From positions 85,616-149,615 of the forward strand of contig MNCI01002773.1 of the NCBI GenBank assembly GCA_015680685.1: a stretch of 64,000 nt of DNA. The letters are read 5' to 3'. The position numbers were made by a program, and so were the translations under genes. This document shows positions 12,976 through 26,893 of the stretch, one piece after another. Positions within the stretch are counted from its first letter, which is position 1; every line of letters starts with the position of its first letter. Below the pieces are notes generated by a model. That model did no database searches. It was given only the letters and a program-made list of their open reading frames with translations, and was not told where the DNA came from. This stretch comes from Gnetum montanum (lineage: Eukaryota > Plantae > Gnetophyta).

Positions 12976-15759
12976 TGTTGGCGACCGTTTGGGACGCGAC
13001 TGCCAACGAGTGTCCTCGAACAAGATTTAGGTGCTTGCTAGTCTTTGGCAACACCAAGGCCCAGATACCTTCAAATAGACTCAGAAGTTAATGTGAGCAT
13101 GTGTTTGTGCTGTTGTGGTGTGTTGTTGTGAAAAATGAAACGATTGGTTTGTGTGTAAAACTATGAATGACATATCTTAAAGAGATTCAGCCAACTTTGC
13201 AAAGTACTGTGAGTTGTTGAGAGTTCCTATTCTATTCAATTGCCTAGTCTATGTTGCCCTTATAATACCTACTTGTAACAAATAAAGTTTTGCAAAAACA
13301 TTTGAGCACAACTTTGCAAATATTCTTCTAATTTTCCCCAGAGAAAGAGATAGTTCCACAAGAAAATTAGAAATAGAGCGAGATTCAATGGAAATAGAAA
13401 GAAGAGAAAAATAAAGAAGATTTGTGTAAAGATCTCAAATGTTTAAACAAGGTAAAATGATACGAGTAAACACTTTGCAATAAAGCTATCCCAAATTCAA
13501 TAACTACGAATTGTTCAAACTTCCAAGGCTCAAATAAGCAATTTCTTCAAGACAATCCTACTATGCTACCCAAAAAATTGCTACGTAAACTATCACGTAC
13601 CAAACTCTATTTTGGCTAGATAATGGATGTCAACAATTGCATTCAATAGAACCTTCAACAAACTTGACAATTTATGATTGAAATACCATGAAGATTCACT
13701 TTAAAGATAAAAGAAGCTATTCTAGTCCTATCAAAATACCAAAGATTTTCTGAACCCTCTTGACTATTGAATCGTTCAACGGCTTGACTACATGCAGAGG
13801 CTCTCATACAACAATCTCAATAGAGATTCTTATACATTGCAACATAATAAAATTCACTACTAAAATGCTCTTAAGGCTTTCAAACACAAGCTCTTCTATG
13901 GCAAAATTTTAATAGAAATTTTCTATCATGCAACAAGAACAATAAGAGCAATCTAAAATTCCCGAAATTACTTGCCAAGCATGATACTATCTAAACCACT
14001 AGCTAAACAATTTAAACAAAATAAAAAATAAACATAGCTCATAGGACTATGATGAAGAGGCTAAAATGTTGTCTTTAACAAGTCATCTTACAAGCAATCT
14101 TTCACAATGTCTTCTTTTCCAATTCTCTTCTCCCCCCACCCTTCCTACCCTTGAAGCCCTTTTATAGTAACCTCAAGGTAGTTACAATCATCATGAGAAG
14201 GTGAGGTAAGTTACAAACATTATGGGTGGTTATAACCACCATAGAGATAAAAAAGCTACAGTTGACAAGTGGCCCATTTAGTGGTTATAACTACCATAAT
14301 TGACAGTGTTCATTCCATACAGGAATTTCAACGTGTTCCATACATTCTTTTTTTTCTCACTGCACCATTTAAGAAACATTCTACTTAAATTTCCATGTGT
14401 CAAAGAATAAACGACCAAGGGCATGAAGCATAAAAATTAAAATAATGAAACAAGTACTCCAAATGCAGTGACTACCACAACAAGGGTAGGCCTATCAAAC
14501 ACCAACATGGCATGATGCAAGGGTCAAAGTATACATGGAAAAGATGCTGGGCAAGAAACTGATAATAGCAGCGAAGTAACTTGATGTGAAGGCAACAAGC
14601 ACCAAGGTCATCCATGACAGGCTCTTATCCTATTTTGGAGAAACAACTACTACCAAAATGGTCTCCGATATTGCAGATAAAACACCCAAAATAAACCTCA
14701 TGAAGTAAAATATTGAAATCCTCTTTTCCACGCCAAGTAACCAGGAAGTTGGTGCGGCAAACGATGCATGAAATAAAAGATATAAATCTGAACATAGAGC
14801 AAACTGAGCATTGTATTCTCATGTCTGGAACCCGGAGTTATAGAAATGATGATGGAGAGGCTTCTAATAGTTGAAGACCTGAACATTTTGCCACTGCATC
14901 TGGTGGTGTTGTTGTGTAGTGCTCTTACTTGCCACCATCTGTCACCAAATGTTGTACATACTGTAAATCGCTGGTGTCGTTATAGTAGGCAACTACTTCA
15001 ATGACAGTAGCGATGCCATTTTCATCGTTGTTGTGGCCTTTGTGTCCAAATATCAGCCGAATGGAGAGGAAGCAAAACTAGGCATAACCGACGGTGAAGA
15101 AAACATGACGAGACATGTGGCCTAGTAAAGTATTTCCCAAGTGGTGGCAACCATGCCCAACATCAACAGAAGAGAGATGAAATAAAATACCCACACTATT
15201 GCCTCCATAACTAGAAGAAGTCCAGCTCCTATTAACCACTACCATCAGCAGCAACCACGTCCATCATAACGCACCATAAAACATGTCCAAAAATCACTAT
15301 AATATTTTCTTGATCATAAGCAGTCATGGAGCATTGAGCATCACAAAAATCATGGTTGGGAGAACCACTCTAGAATTTCTGATCTTAGTCCTGTTGGTTC
15401 TGTGTCTGGCTAAGAATCACGTAGCTTAAAATTTTTGCTTCCTTATGTTAATGTCAATGAGACGGCTGTGCGGCGACTGAGAATATGATATGGACGATGA
15501 GATAGACATCCGAAAATATGAGAAGACATGATAACTTGATTAGAGGAAGTGACAGCATGTGTGGGAATTATATGTGTGCATGACCCACCAAACAAAACGA
15601 TAGCCAATTAAGTCCACCCAATCTACATTTGGACTTCAAACTTCTGAATATCGGGCATTGCACTTTTGTTTCAATTTCATCTTGCTTTAATTTTCTACAT
15701 TCGTTTTCTTTCGGATGAAATTGGGTTCTATTCCATGAAATGGCCAAAATGTGCCAACA
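12976..15759 (-). mobile_element. D1: large solo LTR (2784 bp), superfamily unassigned
   Basis: TGTTGGC...GCCAACA termini; perfect TSD GTAAC (12971-12975 and 15760-15764); TATA box on the minus strand at about 14160; no PBS, PPT or internal LTR pair; related to D2. Confidence 0.85.
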
Positions 15760-17091
15760 GTAACACATCTCATTCAATGAAAAAACCAAATTAAACGTGG
15801 CCTTGGTAATGACCCCAATGAAGGTTTCACCCTAAAAAAAGAAAAAAAATGGAGAAGCAAATTGCCAAGAAGCCGAAAGGCCAATGAAGACCAAAAGATA
15901 AATCAACAACTTAAAACATACAAGGGGATGAGCCTAATGGCTAAAGAAACCTTAGAGCGGAGTGTGGTTCCTCAAAAATATTACTGAGTGACCAACACTT
16001 CAAAGCATGAAGTGCAAAGACCACATTGATTAGCCAAAGTGTCTCTACCATACTATAACCATGATGTCAACATTTGGAATTCATTAATAACATTGTGACC
16101 ACTTCCTCATGACCAAATATAGCCTTTAACCCCTATCACCTTACTGTAGCCTCATCTAGTCATCAAAAGCACTCTCTCACATGGTTCGACAGCTACAAAA
16201 TCAAGCACAGTGAGAAAACATTGGTGATGGACCTACATTGGTGTTTTGTATTCTTTGTTGATGTCTCTCAAGTCAATCCTCAAAACATCAACAAATAGTG
16301 GCTAATCAAACACCATCAAGAAATTTCATATTGTAACCTTTTTGTCATTGTAACCTTCACCAATTACATTTGAGGCTAGAATTTTATTGTAAAATGTGAA
16401 GATTATAGTCCATGAGCTATAATCTCACATACTTGAGCTTTTGGAGCTAAAAAATGCTTTATAGGTTGCTGTAGCCTCACTTCCCAAGTGGAAAAAGTCA
16501 TGTCATGTCTATATTTAGGCTTGGGAAGGCTAAAAATGCTTGGGAACTATCAAATTTGGCATTTTCATGGGTTTTATATTGGCTACAGCCATAACTACAC
16601 TGAAACCACCTACACCCAATGTTGGAGTAGTTGGATTTTCATTTTCCTAGCAATGGCCAATGTAGTTACCATAACTCTCAATGTGATTTCATAAATCTAG
16701 CATTGGAGTGGTTGAGATTTTTATTATTCCAATAATTTCAGCATGGATGCCATAAGGCTAGCATTGCTTCCACAAGGCTAGTGTTGCTCCAACAATTCCA
16801 GTTGATGAGACGCGATTTGCATAGGCTGCGATATTGCGTCATCCCCTACGATATCGCATATTCAATATTGCGGTCTACCATCAAGTCTATAAATAAGAGG
16901 CGGCTCTCCCTTGTTTCCACATCCTGGGCTAAAAGTAGGGAAACTCTGGCAAATTGATCACTCTAGAGATAGAATATTTTCCATGTGCCTGCAGTAGGAG
17001 TCCTAAAGTGAACGGATCTTTATTTGAGCAACATTGTACCTGAACACAAGTTGTGTAAAGCAATAAAGATGAACTTGTTTGATAAACCTTG

Positions 17092-18373
17092 TGTACCGTC
17101 CAAAATCATCGATCTCCAGCTGGAAGGAAACAGAAACCTGGAGATCTCCGAACATGCATAGAAGACCCTACCTTCGCTTGAGGGCAAGCTGGAATTAACG
17201 AAGGTAGAGTACCTTGAGTGGTCCGCACGTGGATCAGGCAAGGATTTTCCCAAACGTACACCGAGGTTCTATACGCTGGGTTATATGTAAACGGCGTAAT
17301 AGATGTAAAACGAAACGTAAACGACGTAACTGGTGTAAACAGAGCGTAAACGTACGAGGGCGTAAACAGTAAACATGCAATAATTAATGAAGAACTGTAA
17401 CAAATTTTAGAAAGAAAATGTAGCAATGTTATTGCAAAATGAGAGTTACAATGCACCGGTCCAACGCAGTTGTGGCTTTGACACAAGGCTGACGAATAGC
17501 CCCGGTGGATGCAGGGATGACTGTGTGCTGGTTCAAACTGTAGGCACAACGTAGAGGCTAGATGCTCAGCATACAGGGTTGAGGTCCAGCGTATAGGGTT
17601 CCCTACTCTAGTTCTTAGCGTCTCTATTTCTCTTTGTCTTTGGTTTTCTCAAAATTGCCCACCCTGATCTAATGAAAAATTGGGGTTTTTATCAGGTTTA
17701 GTCGTTAGACTCGGGTTGGGTGACACGTGGCATGTTGACGGGGTGCGAAAGAATAAAATTTTACAAGTGTACAACACACTGCATCTACTGGGCGTATACG
17801 CTATATTTGATGGGTGTAGACTCTGGGCGTATATGCTGGGCGTATACGCTGTGTCTACTGGGCGGATACGCTGGACGTGCAGGATGTACATACTCAGCGT
17901 ACAGACTCTAGAATGCTTGATGTCAACACCTGATGATTGCTCTGTTCATGTGAATTGATGCCTTGTACCAAATTTTACTCTACAGTGCTATTTCCATGCC
18001 GTCTTCAGGGATTGAATGCCGGGCATATACATGTGAGGCGTGTATGCTAGGCGTATACGCTGTGGATGTGTACGCCGAGTGTATACGCTGTGGATGTGTA
18101 CGCTGGGCGTATATGCTGTGGATGCGAACTTGGGCGTATACGCTAAGAATGTATACTTGGTGAAAACTAAGTATCTTGATCTCCAAAGTTGCCATGTTTG
18201 ATACCAGATGCTGCCATGGTGGTTTGTGGATCCCAGGGAACCACTTCTCGTTGAGTCCGACTCTACTTGAAGCTGTTTGTGGGGCCCTCAAGCTTTAGTC
18301 ATGCTGGGAAACATCATGACTTAGCCCGATTCTTGTTGGAAAAGTACTAAGCTCAGAATTTTGTGGTGTTTCA
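17092..18373 (-). mobile_element. J: Tat-family solo LTR (1282 bp), inverted, inside the 5' LTR of B
   Basis: The minus strand reads tgaaacaccacaaaattct...atcgatgattttggacggtaca, the same termini as C's LTRs. Perfect TSD CCTTG (17087-17091 and 18374-18378). Absent from B's 3' LTR and from K. Confidence 0.9.
17785..18160. repeat. Tandem GGGCGTATACGCTG-type repeats in the U3 region of J
   Basis: More than 10 variants around the palindromic core GCGTATACGC. Confidence 0.85.
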
Positions 18374-18919
18374 CCTTGCAGTGCATGGAATAGGATTTTA
18401 TTTATTTCTTTCTCTCTCACCCTTAAACTCCTAGAACGCAGAATGAGTACGACTTGATTATGAGCATCTAGTGTGACTACTTGGTAACCCAGTGGCATAT
18501 TCAAGATCTGCGCTTGGTAATCCCAGTGGTAGTCATGCACAAGGATGTGTATGGTTAGTCAAGGAATTGGCCACTCATCACACTTAGGCTAGATTAGATT
18601 CTCTCAACCCTTTCCTCCTACGACCACTTCGAGCACGTGCTTAGGCTAGATTAGTTCATTAGTTAGAGTTAGTTAGTTTCTTCAACCCTTCACCTCGATA
18701 GCATAGGAGATAAAACATAAAAGACTATAAAAATCATATACCTCAGACTTACTTAACCATACACCGTGACAACTACAAGTAAGTTTGGGAAGACAACAAA
18801 TGATTAACCCCAAGTGTTCCATGGGGCATGTAGGCACTTAGTCTACGGAGTTCAACCGAATCGCATGTGCTACGCTCGTTTCATATGGTTGAGTGTAGGG
18901 GTACCTCACCACTCATCAT

Positions 18920-18937
18920 TGGCACCATTGCCAGGGA
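18920..18937 (+). promoter_or_regulatory. PBS of B, complementary to the tRNA-Asp 3' end (Athila type)
   Basis: tggcaccattgccaggga versus the Athila consensus tggcgccgttgccgggga; all three differences are CG>CA. Confidence 0.85.
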
Positions 18938-19559
18938 CTAAGTGTTTGTGCACCGAATAGAAATAAAAGGATATCACTAACATCGTTGGGAGCCTAAATG
19001 AACCTCCAGGTTAATTAACAGAAAAATTTTATAATGGTAATTAGCACACTGATAAGACACTATGTCTTCTTCTTCTTCTCATAAGAGCAACTCACCACCT
19101 AAGGATAATACAAAGAACAGTCGGTAGTAAAAAACACATAGCTGAAATCATCCAAGTCCTAAACAATACAAGATAGTTTATACTCATCCCAATGAGTATA
19201 TTCCAAACTTTACCTTTATCCTCCATCAAGACGAACATCTACGATGGAGAGATTTGCAAGGTAACATTGTGTTACCCCCAGATCGATCAGTCTCTAACAT
19301 GCTTTTCCATGCTTTGGCACAGATTGGCATTACAGAATTGTATGCAGAATACATTGCAGAAGACTTTGATTCAAGGGATTACTATCCCATAGAAGCACAA
19401 TGTATTCGGGACTTAAGGTAGGAGAGCCAACATATCCTGTTGAAGGACAAAGGCCCACATGTCCTTAGCAAAATAGGAGATAAGGAACCCATTACAATGG
19501 GTTCTCTATCAAGAGATGTTCCCCCTCCTAACGATGGTGAGGAGGCTGGGTATCAGAAC

Positions 19560-20860
19560 CTATGATCAATGATACATAACCTTGGTTCTGATACCCGTGA
19601 ATACCAACTGTTCACAGAAGGAACAACACATGACAAGGACAAGCACTTTGATCGTCACCACGATCGGGGCCGTAGCAGCCGAAGAGAAGGCAAGAAACAT
19701 CGTCATGGCTATGGTTCCCCTTCTTCTTCCCCTTCTTCACATCACTCACCCTCTCCTTCCACATCTAGGCATAGCCATCATGAACATAATAGAGAGGATA
19801 AAGGTAGAAAAAATGAGAGACCTCGACGATAAAGTCAAGAGAGAGGAAAAGGGCAAGGACGTAGGGAAAGTAGGGAACGACGAAGACATCACAGGCGTCA
19901 TGAAGGAGATGATCATGAAGAGCCCCTACTTGCAACCCATAGTATGCTTGACATAACGTAGGTAGTAAGAATTCCCACAAGGCATTTAAAATATAGTTGG
20001 ATCAAGCATTTAGACATGAACAACATCCCATGATTTGAAGGAGGATACAATGTAGATCTGCAAAATAATTTACTGGCATTCCATGATGCCTATGCCTTGA
20101 AAATATAGAAAATGAGTGGCAAAAACTTAAGTTGTTCCCAAGGACACTCATCAAGGAAGCAGAGAGTTGGTACCGGTCCTTAAAATCGAAAACCATCAGG
20201 AGGTGGAGTACAATGCTAGAACTCTTCATTGATAAGTATCAAACATACTCCTGAGTGTCTAATTTGTGTAAGCAGATCCAAGGCTAGAAGCAAGGTACTC
20301 ATGAACCCTTGGATGCTGCCATGGCCTGCTACTACACATTGTTACATCGTTGCCTGGGCCATGGTTACACTCAGCGGGATCAACTTCNCGAAGAGTTGGT
20401 AAATAGGAAAACCTTGCTGATTCAAAAGTTAACAACAGAAATAGTGGCTAAGGTAGATGACGTATGGAGTTCCTTAGACTCTAAAATTGAAACTGTCTTA
20501 AAAATTGTAGAAGATTATAAGGTAGAACAAAGTAGTGATAAAGTTAAGACAAAGTGGAGAGATTTAGGCCCTGCACATAACAAGGATAAGGGGAAAATCA
20601 CTAACTCCGATGTGGTTGTGGATTCAGACACAGATGATGACAGTGGATGTGAGATCTGCCACTATGACCATCCTAAGGGATGTTGCCCAATCATCTCACA
20701 TCTACAGGAGTCTAGGGTGTATGCACTTAATCCGAAACTTAATCAATGGAAAACACCCCGTAGGTTACCTTATCCCCAAGGTAACCCAAGGCAGTTCCAC
20801 CAACCATTAATGTATTATCCAAGTGGAACTCCACCACAACCCATCGGACAACATCAGTAG
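19560..20860 (+). pseudogene. gag relic of B (R/H/S-rich N-terminal extension, capsid region, Cys/His motif)
   Basis: KLKLFPRTLIKEAESWYRSL..TIRRWSTMLELFIDKY; CEICHYDHPKGCC at about 20650; homologous to G gag. Confidence 0.8.
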
Positions 20861-21379
20861 TGGAAATACCCACAGTCATGGGGGATGCCATCACCGAAAC
20901 ATTAGTACCCTTACTGGCAGCCTGACCCTTATGGATATTATGTGCAGTAGCTGATTTCTCCAAGTGACTTTATGAGTCACACAACTTCCCACTGTCACTA
21001 CCAAGTTCGGAAGTATTTCAGAAGGACTCCTCCTCCGAGAGACACTCCATACCCACACATCCTCCAAATCCATCCACACCTCTTCCACAAGTAGTTCCCA
21101 TAACACCTCCTGCTCCAACAATGCAAGGGGAACTTCCTACTCAACCGCAACAATGTCACGCTACGAGAGCTGTAAATATTCAACCTACTACTGGTTCTGA
21201 TAACTGTGAAAAGAGAAGACCCTTCTTCAAAACCAAAAGCCTAGAAAAACTCTCGTAACAACAAGCGATTGAGCCCATGTACACTCCTCCACCATCTAAC
21301 ACTTCGGAGCACCCTTCAGTCCAACAGAGATTAACGCATACGGTTATGTTAACGCATACCGTAACTGACTGGATCAATG

Positions 21380-21975
21380 TAGGCCACCTTCCTAGGAAAC
21401 TAAATGATCCTAGAAGTCCCTTAATCTACCTTCAAGTCATCGGAAATGAACCACATAGGGCTCTTCTTGACTCAAGTTCCAGAGTCAACTTAATTTCACA
21501 AGAGATGTATCACGCCTGGAACTTGCCCCAACTTAAGAAGAGCAACATTAAACTAGAGCTAGCAAACTAGTCCATCACCATTCCCTTGGGATTGGTGGAG
21601 GACATCATTACCACTATGTGTGGTTGGTCTTACCCAGTTGATTTCCTGGTGATTAAAGTCAACAACAACGAAGGGTACTTCCCAATTATAATGGGAAAGG
21701 CATGGCTTAGTACAGTTGATGCATGCCTTAGGATCCACAATCTTTCTTTGGAAATATCTAAGATAAATATTTATGGAAAGATCAAGAAAAGGAAAGTTCC
21801 ATGCATCACATACAGTTATTCATCGGGTGATGACATGGAGGAAATGCCTCCATGCAACATGTGTGCCCTTGAAACTTTAAAACAAAGATGCATGTATGTA
21901 GCAACCACACAACCAGTAGTAGACACCCCGTGGTTGATAGCTACTCAAAAGAGTAACCAAATATGCATGGAATGA
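21380..21975 (+). pseudogene. Aspartic protease relic of B
   Basis: KLNDPRSPLIYLQVIGNEPHRALLDSSSRVNLIS...LELAN*..LGLVEDI...PVDFLVI...PIIMGKAWL. Confidence 0.88.
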
Positions 21976-22353
21976 ACTAAGGAGGAAAACCATGCCAACA
22001 ACAAAGGCATAGACACGTTGGAATATGAGCGTCGCCAACTTCCACCCCTTAATCTAAGATCATCAATTGGGAGAAGTTGGACACTTTTAAGAAATTCAAA
22101 CAGGTGCTCATTATTTTGGATCTCTCCCTTTCCACTCAGTCATGGGGGAGATGGCCACCTATGCTAACCATATGGGGCCCTCAGTTCTTTTAATTTTTTG
22201 TTTTACAATGTTTTTATTTTACACGTTTTTGTTTTACAAGTTTTTGTTTTACACATTTTTTTTTACAAGTTTTTGTCTTAAACCTTTTTGTTTTACAAAT
22301 TTCTTTAACTCTTCTTGTTTTTTTTTTTACAACATTGTTATACTTTTTCGTTT

Positions 22354-22376
22354 TGTGTGTGTGTGTGTGTGTGTGT
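22354..22376. repeat. (GT)n microsatellite within a T-rich tract
   Basis: About 11 GT units. Confidence 0.9.
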
Positions 22377-23956
22377 ATCCACCCTGTAAGTTTGTCACCC
22401 AAGAAGTGTTCGGAATGATGGTATGAACTATTTTCATATTGATTGCTAATGTTTGGTTTTTACCTTTAAGTCACAATGTTGATACTAAGGTATGTTTCTT
22501 TTGATATGGTAGGCAATGAGTTCACTTCATCCATCCATCCATCAGTTTCTATGGTCTCTCTCGACTTGGAAATTTACACTTCCTTTCTAATAAGAACTTT
22601 AACGAATCAGTGACTAGGCATTTCTCAAACTAAGGAAGGACTCAAGGATTGAAAAGGGTGTGACTTCAAGGGAACTTGATGCATTTTTGTTGACCGTTCT
22701 CTTAGGTGCTTGGATGTTTTCTTTTTGAGTTTTCTCGTTGTTCCGATGTTACCCCAATTATTGAAAGCTGAGACAATAAAAATAAAAAGTCTTTGCATGG
22801 TGTGGTTCTCACGCATAAAAAAAAAATGAAGTGATAATTCAAAGCACACCCCTTAGATGAAATAAAATTGGACTACAAGCACTGGTTATGGAGCCAAAAG
22901 TGTTCCCTCTAACTAAGGCCCTTCTTGCTTATCATTCTCTCCTTTGTTTCATCGGAATGGTGATGACTCTTGGGGAAGGCATCCTTGTTATCCAAGTGGA
23001 TGGTTTAGCCGAATGCATTGATGTGAAGTCACTGGATGTGGTTGGTTTGAGGCTAGAGTTGGAATGAGATTTTCCAAGTCACATTAATCATGAAACACAC
23101 AAGGGGCTGTACACCACCTTGTTCTTGGGACTCCATTCCATTCTGTACACCACCTCATTGCCAGTTGTATCATTAGTGTATATATTTTGGTTGATACATT
23201 ATTTTATTTTAGGTAAATTCTTATGGTTAAGACTTTAACTCTTGTTCCAATTGACATTCCTAGAGCCTACGGACTCTTTGAATGTGGGTTTGTCAGGGCA
23301 TTAAGGGCATGAGCCTGCTTTGGGGAGGACCCACTGACATTCCTCTTTGGTGCACCAGTTAAATTCTTTCCCCTAGAACTTGTGTAATTAATTTTCTTTT
23401 ATTCATTTTCATCTTGACATCCATTTCATTAATGCCATAGTTGTCCCTTTCTATCTATCTTTCTTACTCCTTTTCTTTCTCCATTCTCATGCTACCGGAG
23501 GTTCGCGATTAGTCATGGGGGTATGGGGCATGATTTTTTCATTTTTCTCCTAGCCCCGACTTTTTCAATTTTTTCCTAACCCCTACACCTTCAGTAGTCA
23601 TCATATATATCTCCAGATTTGTATCAGCCATACCACAACTCAGCCAATGAACTAACACTGAAGTAAGGTATTAATTACATGATGATTCATGTACCCTTGC
23701 TAATATAAGATTGTGTTGTATGTGTAGATGGCAATGATACAACAACAAAATTGGATCTCGAAGGAACACATGGAATGGAGCAGCGCTGGAAGCAGCTATG
23801 CAAGGAGGAAGATCGATGGCGTGCTTACCGACGGACAATGGAAGGTGTAATTTTGGCGTTGGTAGCAGCAACACTTCTTTCTCTCTCTCTTTCTCTCAAG
23901 ATGCCAACTAAGGCCTAATGTCATTGTAATAAGGTGTTCACCCTTGTTGTCATGAA

Positions 23957-24009
23957 NNNNNNNNNNNNNNNNNNNNNNNNNNNNNNNNNNNNNNNNNNNN
24001 NNNNNNNNN
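23957..24009. other. Assembly gap (N) hiding the PPT and the start of B's 3' LTR
   Basis: N run; further gaps at 24509-24526 and 31764-32052. Confidence 0.95.
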
Positions 24010-24701
24010 CACTCTAGAGATTGAATATTTTCCATGTGCCCGTAGTAGGAGTCCTAAAGTGAACAGATCTTTATTCGAGCAACATTGTACCTGAACACAA
24101 GTTGTGTACGGAAATAAAGATGAACTTGGTGGATAAACCTTTCAGTGCATTGAATAGGATTTTATTTATTTCTTTCGCTCTCACCCTTAAACTCCTAGAA
24201 TGCGGAATGAGTACAACTTGATTATGAGCATCTAGTGTGACTACTTGGTAACCCAGTGGTGTATTCAGGATCTGCGCTTGGTAATCCCAGTCGTAGTCAT
24301 GCACAAGGATGTGTACAGTTAGTCAAGGAATCGGCCACTCATCGCACTTAGGCTAGATTAGATTCTCTCAACCCTTTCCTCCTACGACCACTTCGAGCAC
24401 GTGCGTTACGCGTGGTAATCCTAGCAATGATTAGCGTTTGGTAGCCGTGGTTGCATCGGTTCAGGGTGTGTACGGTAAGTGGGAATGGATGCTAACGCTA
24501 GGTAATTTNNNNNNNNNNNNNNNNNNCGAACTTACTTAACCATACACCGTGACAACTACAAGTAAGTCTGGGAAGACAATGAATGATTAACCCCAAGTGT
24601 TCCATGGGGCATGTAGGCACTTAGTCTTCAGAGTTCGACTAGATCGCACGTGCTATGCTCGTTTCATATGGTTGAGTGTAGGGGTACCTCGCCACTCATC
24701 A
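24010..24701 (+). repeat. 3' LTR of B (start lies in the gap)
   Basis: Matches the 5' LTR from cactctagaga to ctcatca. Confidence 0.9.
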
Positions 24702-25949
24702 CCAGTGTAGTTGGGTGAAGCCAACGTAGTTGCAAAAGTCCATTTATTATTTATGGTATCCAACATAGTTTTGATGGCCTAGGTGCATTAAGAATTATTA
24801 TAAATAGAAAAATACACTAGAAATGATGGCCTACCACACCTGCAAATTACCTCAATTTGTTAGCAATCATGGCAGAAATTTACAGCCACATATTAGCAAC
24901 CATGTGACTTATAAAAGCCAAATTTCAACACATTGAATAGGGTCCATGAAAAATTCTTCAATTAGCAAAAATTTTGTTGGTTCCACCTTTTACAACCTTG
25001 AGCACTTAAAACCTTTAAAATTGTATGAGACTTTTAGAACAAATTGAAAACTACTTGGGCATTAGATACTCTTAGTGTAGTACCATTACAACAAAAAGTT
25101 AAGCACCTCATTTACTCCCTTGATAACCAACATTGTAGATCCAAGCTAAGAACCAGCAAGGAATTTTGTTAATAGAAGTTGGAAAGTACCTAGATCATGG
25201 GCCTAACTACAGAACATAACCTGTTGGCTTCAACACAATTCAAGCTTCATCCATGCAACTTCCTATGCATTTGGCCACATAATTTATACACTTTTGGACT
25301 TTATACTTTGGATATTTTATTATTTTAATAAATTTTATAGTTCATTTGTTGTGCAAGTTTATTTCAAGAATAATTTCTGTGCATTTTCTTAGATTGATCT
25401 CCATTGTCATTTAAATTATTTATCCCTTTTGACACTTCCTAAGTCCCTGGGTGATTGACAAGATTGTCTAGGATGCCTTGGATCCTCTTTCTCAAAGGCC
25501 CTTGGAATCCAAGGTTAAACTGTTCCACTTGAAATTTTTGGTTTTTCAACGACCAAATTTTTCAAGCATTACATTCACTAGGAGTACTTTTTCTTAAAGT
25601 TATAGCTAAAAAGTAACATATTTGATAATCTAATATTTGACTCAAAAAGAGAGGTCATAGTTCTACTTTTATTGTTGAAAAATAATTGCATACCAAAACT
25701 TTCAAATATAGGAGAGAACAAGTGGTCAAAGATACATCCAAATGTAAGAAAAAAAAGTAGACAAAGAAAGTTGATCATCAAAAATGATTTCATTGATCCT
25801 TATTTGAAAGTCATTACAAATTCTAGACGTCCATTTATACGCATGTTGTACAATAGAACACTTAAAAGAATGAGAAAATGAGTCTTCATAAAGATAATAT
25901 TGAAAAGAAAATGTGAAAAATGTCATTTTATCTTTTTAAGTACCTATAA

Positions 25950-26893
25950 GAAAGGTTAAACATTATGATTTTCCATTTAGGTAGTGTTCATAGAGAGGTA
26001 AATGACTTTGGGAATTACCTTTAATTATATCTTTTTCTTATTGAATTTGGATGGCCTTTTATCCTACATGTTCAACTCTTCTATGCAATAGATTCATTGT
26101 AAACTTATTTTTCCATGCATAAAGGACTTCATCTTTATCAACCACTATAATGCCATCCAACTTGTATAACCACCCATTTCCTTCTCTAAATCCTATGGCT
26201 ACGATGATTTTTCCTTGAAAAATTTTACATTTCTTTTTCCAAATAATACAAAAAAGTGAAAATCATCAATATTAGCCATAGCTAGCAAATTTCTAGTGAC
26301 CTTAGAAACATGATATTCCTTGATAATTATGATTTTTTTCCCATTATAGGATAATTTTACTTTACGATAGCCCTTTACTGGATTAGTTTCAAAATTACCA
26401 AGGAAAATTGGAGTGGACATAGCTTCATGATAATAAAACAATCATTCTCTTCAAGGTGTAAAGTTATATGAAGCATCTAAATCAACATACCAACAATCAT
26501 AATTAGAATTACCTTTAGTAGTGGTTGCACACAAGTTTAGCAATTCTTCCTTAACACCTTTCTTAAAAGAACTAGATCTAGCTTCTTTTTCCTTTTTCTT
26601 TATAAATTTACAATACTCATTCAAATGATCATGCTTTCCATAGTTCCAACACCTTTGTTTTTTTCCTAAGAGAATTGCTTGAAATTTTCTTGAATTTAGT
26701 AATGTTCTTACTAGAGGATTTACCTAAGGATTGTTTATGTTGTCCTTTAATATACATTGCTCCCCTTGGTATAGGCTTCAAGCTCTTTCTTCAAATTTCT
26801 TTTGTTATCACTTGTCCTAAAACTTCATCAATTGTAAGGAGTTACTTGTACTAATAATATTTTGCACAAGATTATCCTACAATTTAGGAAGAG
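25950..26893 (-). pseudogene. Copia element F fragment: gag C-terminus, zinc knuckle, protease, GAG-pre-integrase
   Basis: The minus strand gives SLPKL*DNLV at about 26890, CWNYGKHDH at about 26640, WYVDLDASY at about 26480 and a C..GK-like motif at about 26120. Confidence 0.7.

Larger units (their letters stand above)
16803..18918 (+). repeat. 5' LTR of B (about 830 bp net, interrupted by J)
   Basis: Matches 24010-24701 and 43133-44078; TATA (ctataaata) at about 16887. Confidence 0.9.
16803..24701 (+). mobile_element. Element B: non-autonomous Athila-type Ty3/gypsy element (gag + protease only)
   Basis: TGATGAG...CTCATCA termini; perfect TSD CCAGT (16798-16802 and 24702-24706); tRNA-Asp-type PBS; gag and PR relics; no RT, RH or INT. 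Confidence 0.9.
1..25573 (+). mobile_element. Element A: old Ty3/gypsy Tat/Ogre-type LTR retrotransposon, 5' end outside the window; interrupted by D1 and B
   Basis: RT-RH-aRH-INT relic at about 9.1-12.4 kb. The 3' non-coding blocks 12680-12810 and 16230-16305 are homologous to element C 41885-42010 and 42720-42790. The 3' LTR has ends homologous to C's LTR. Including 1-9100 in A is inferred only from the absence of a visible LTR/TSD boundary. Confidence 0.7.
16306..25573 (+). repeat. 3' LTR of element A (about 1.36 kb net; 16306-16802 plus 24707-25573), split by B
   Basis: Starts tcaaacacca (compare tgaaacacca in C) after a decayed PPT aaatagtgg. TATA at about 24910. The end (aagtccctg...ttcaagcattaca) is homologous to the end of C's LTR. 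Confidence 0.75.

Noticed and set aside
25574-25950. Integrase-like YNRTL motif on the + strand
   Set aside because: Too short and on the opposite strand to the adjacent copia relic; left unassigned.
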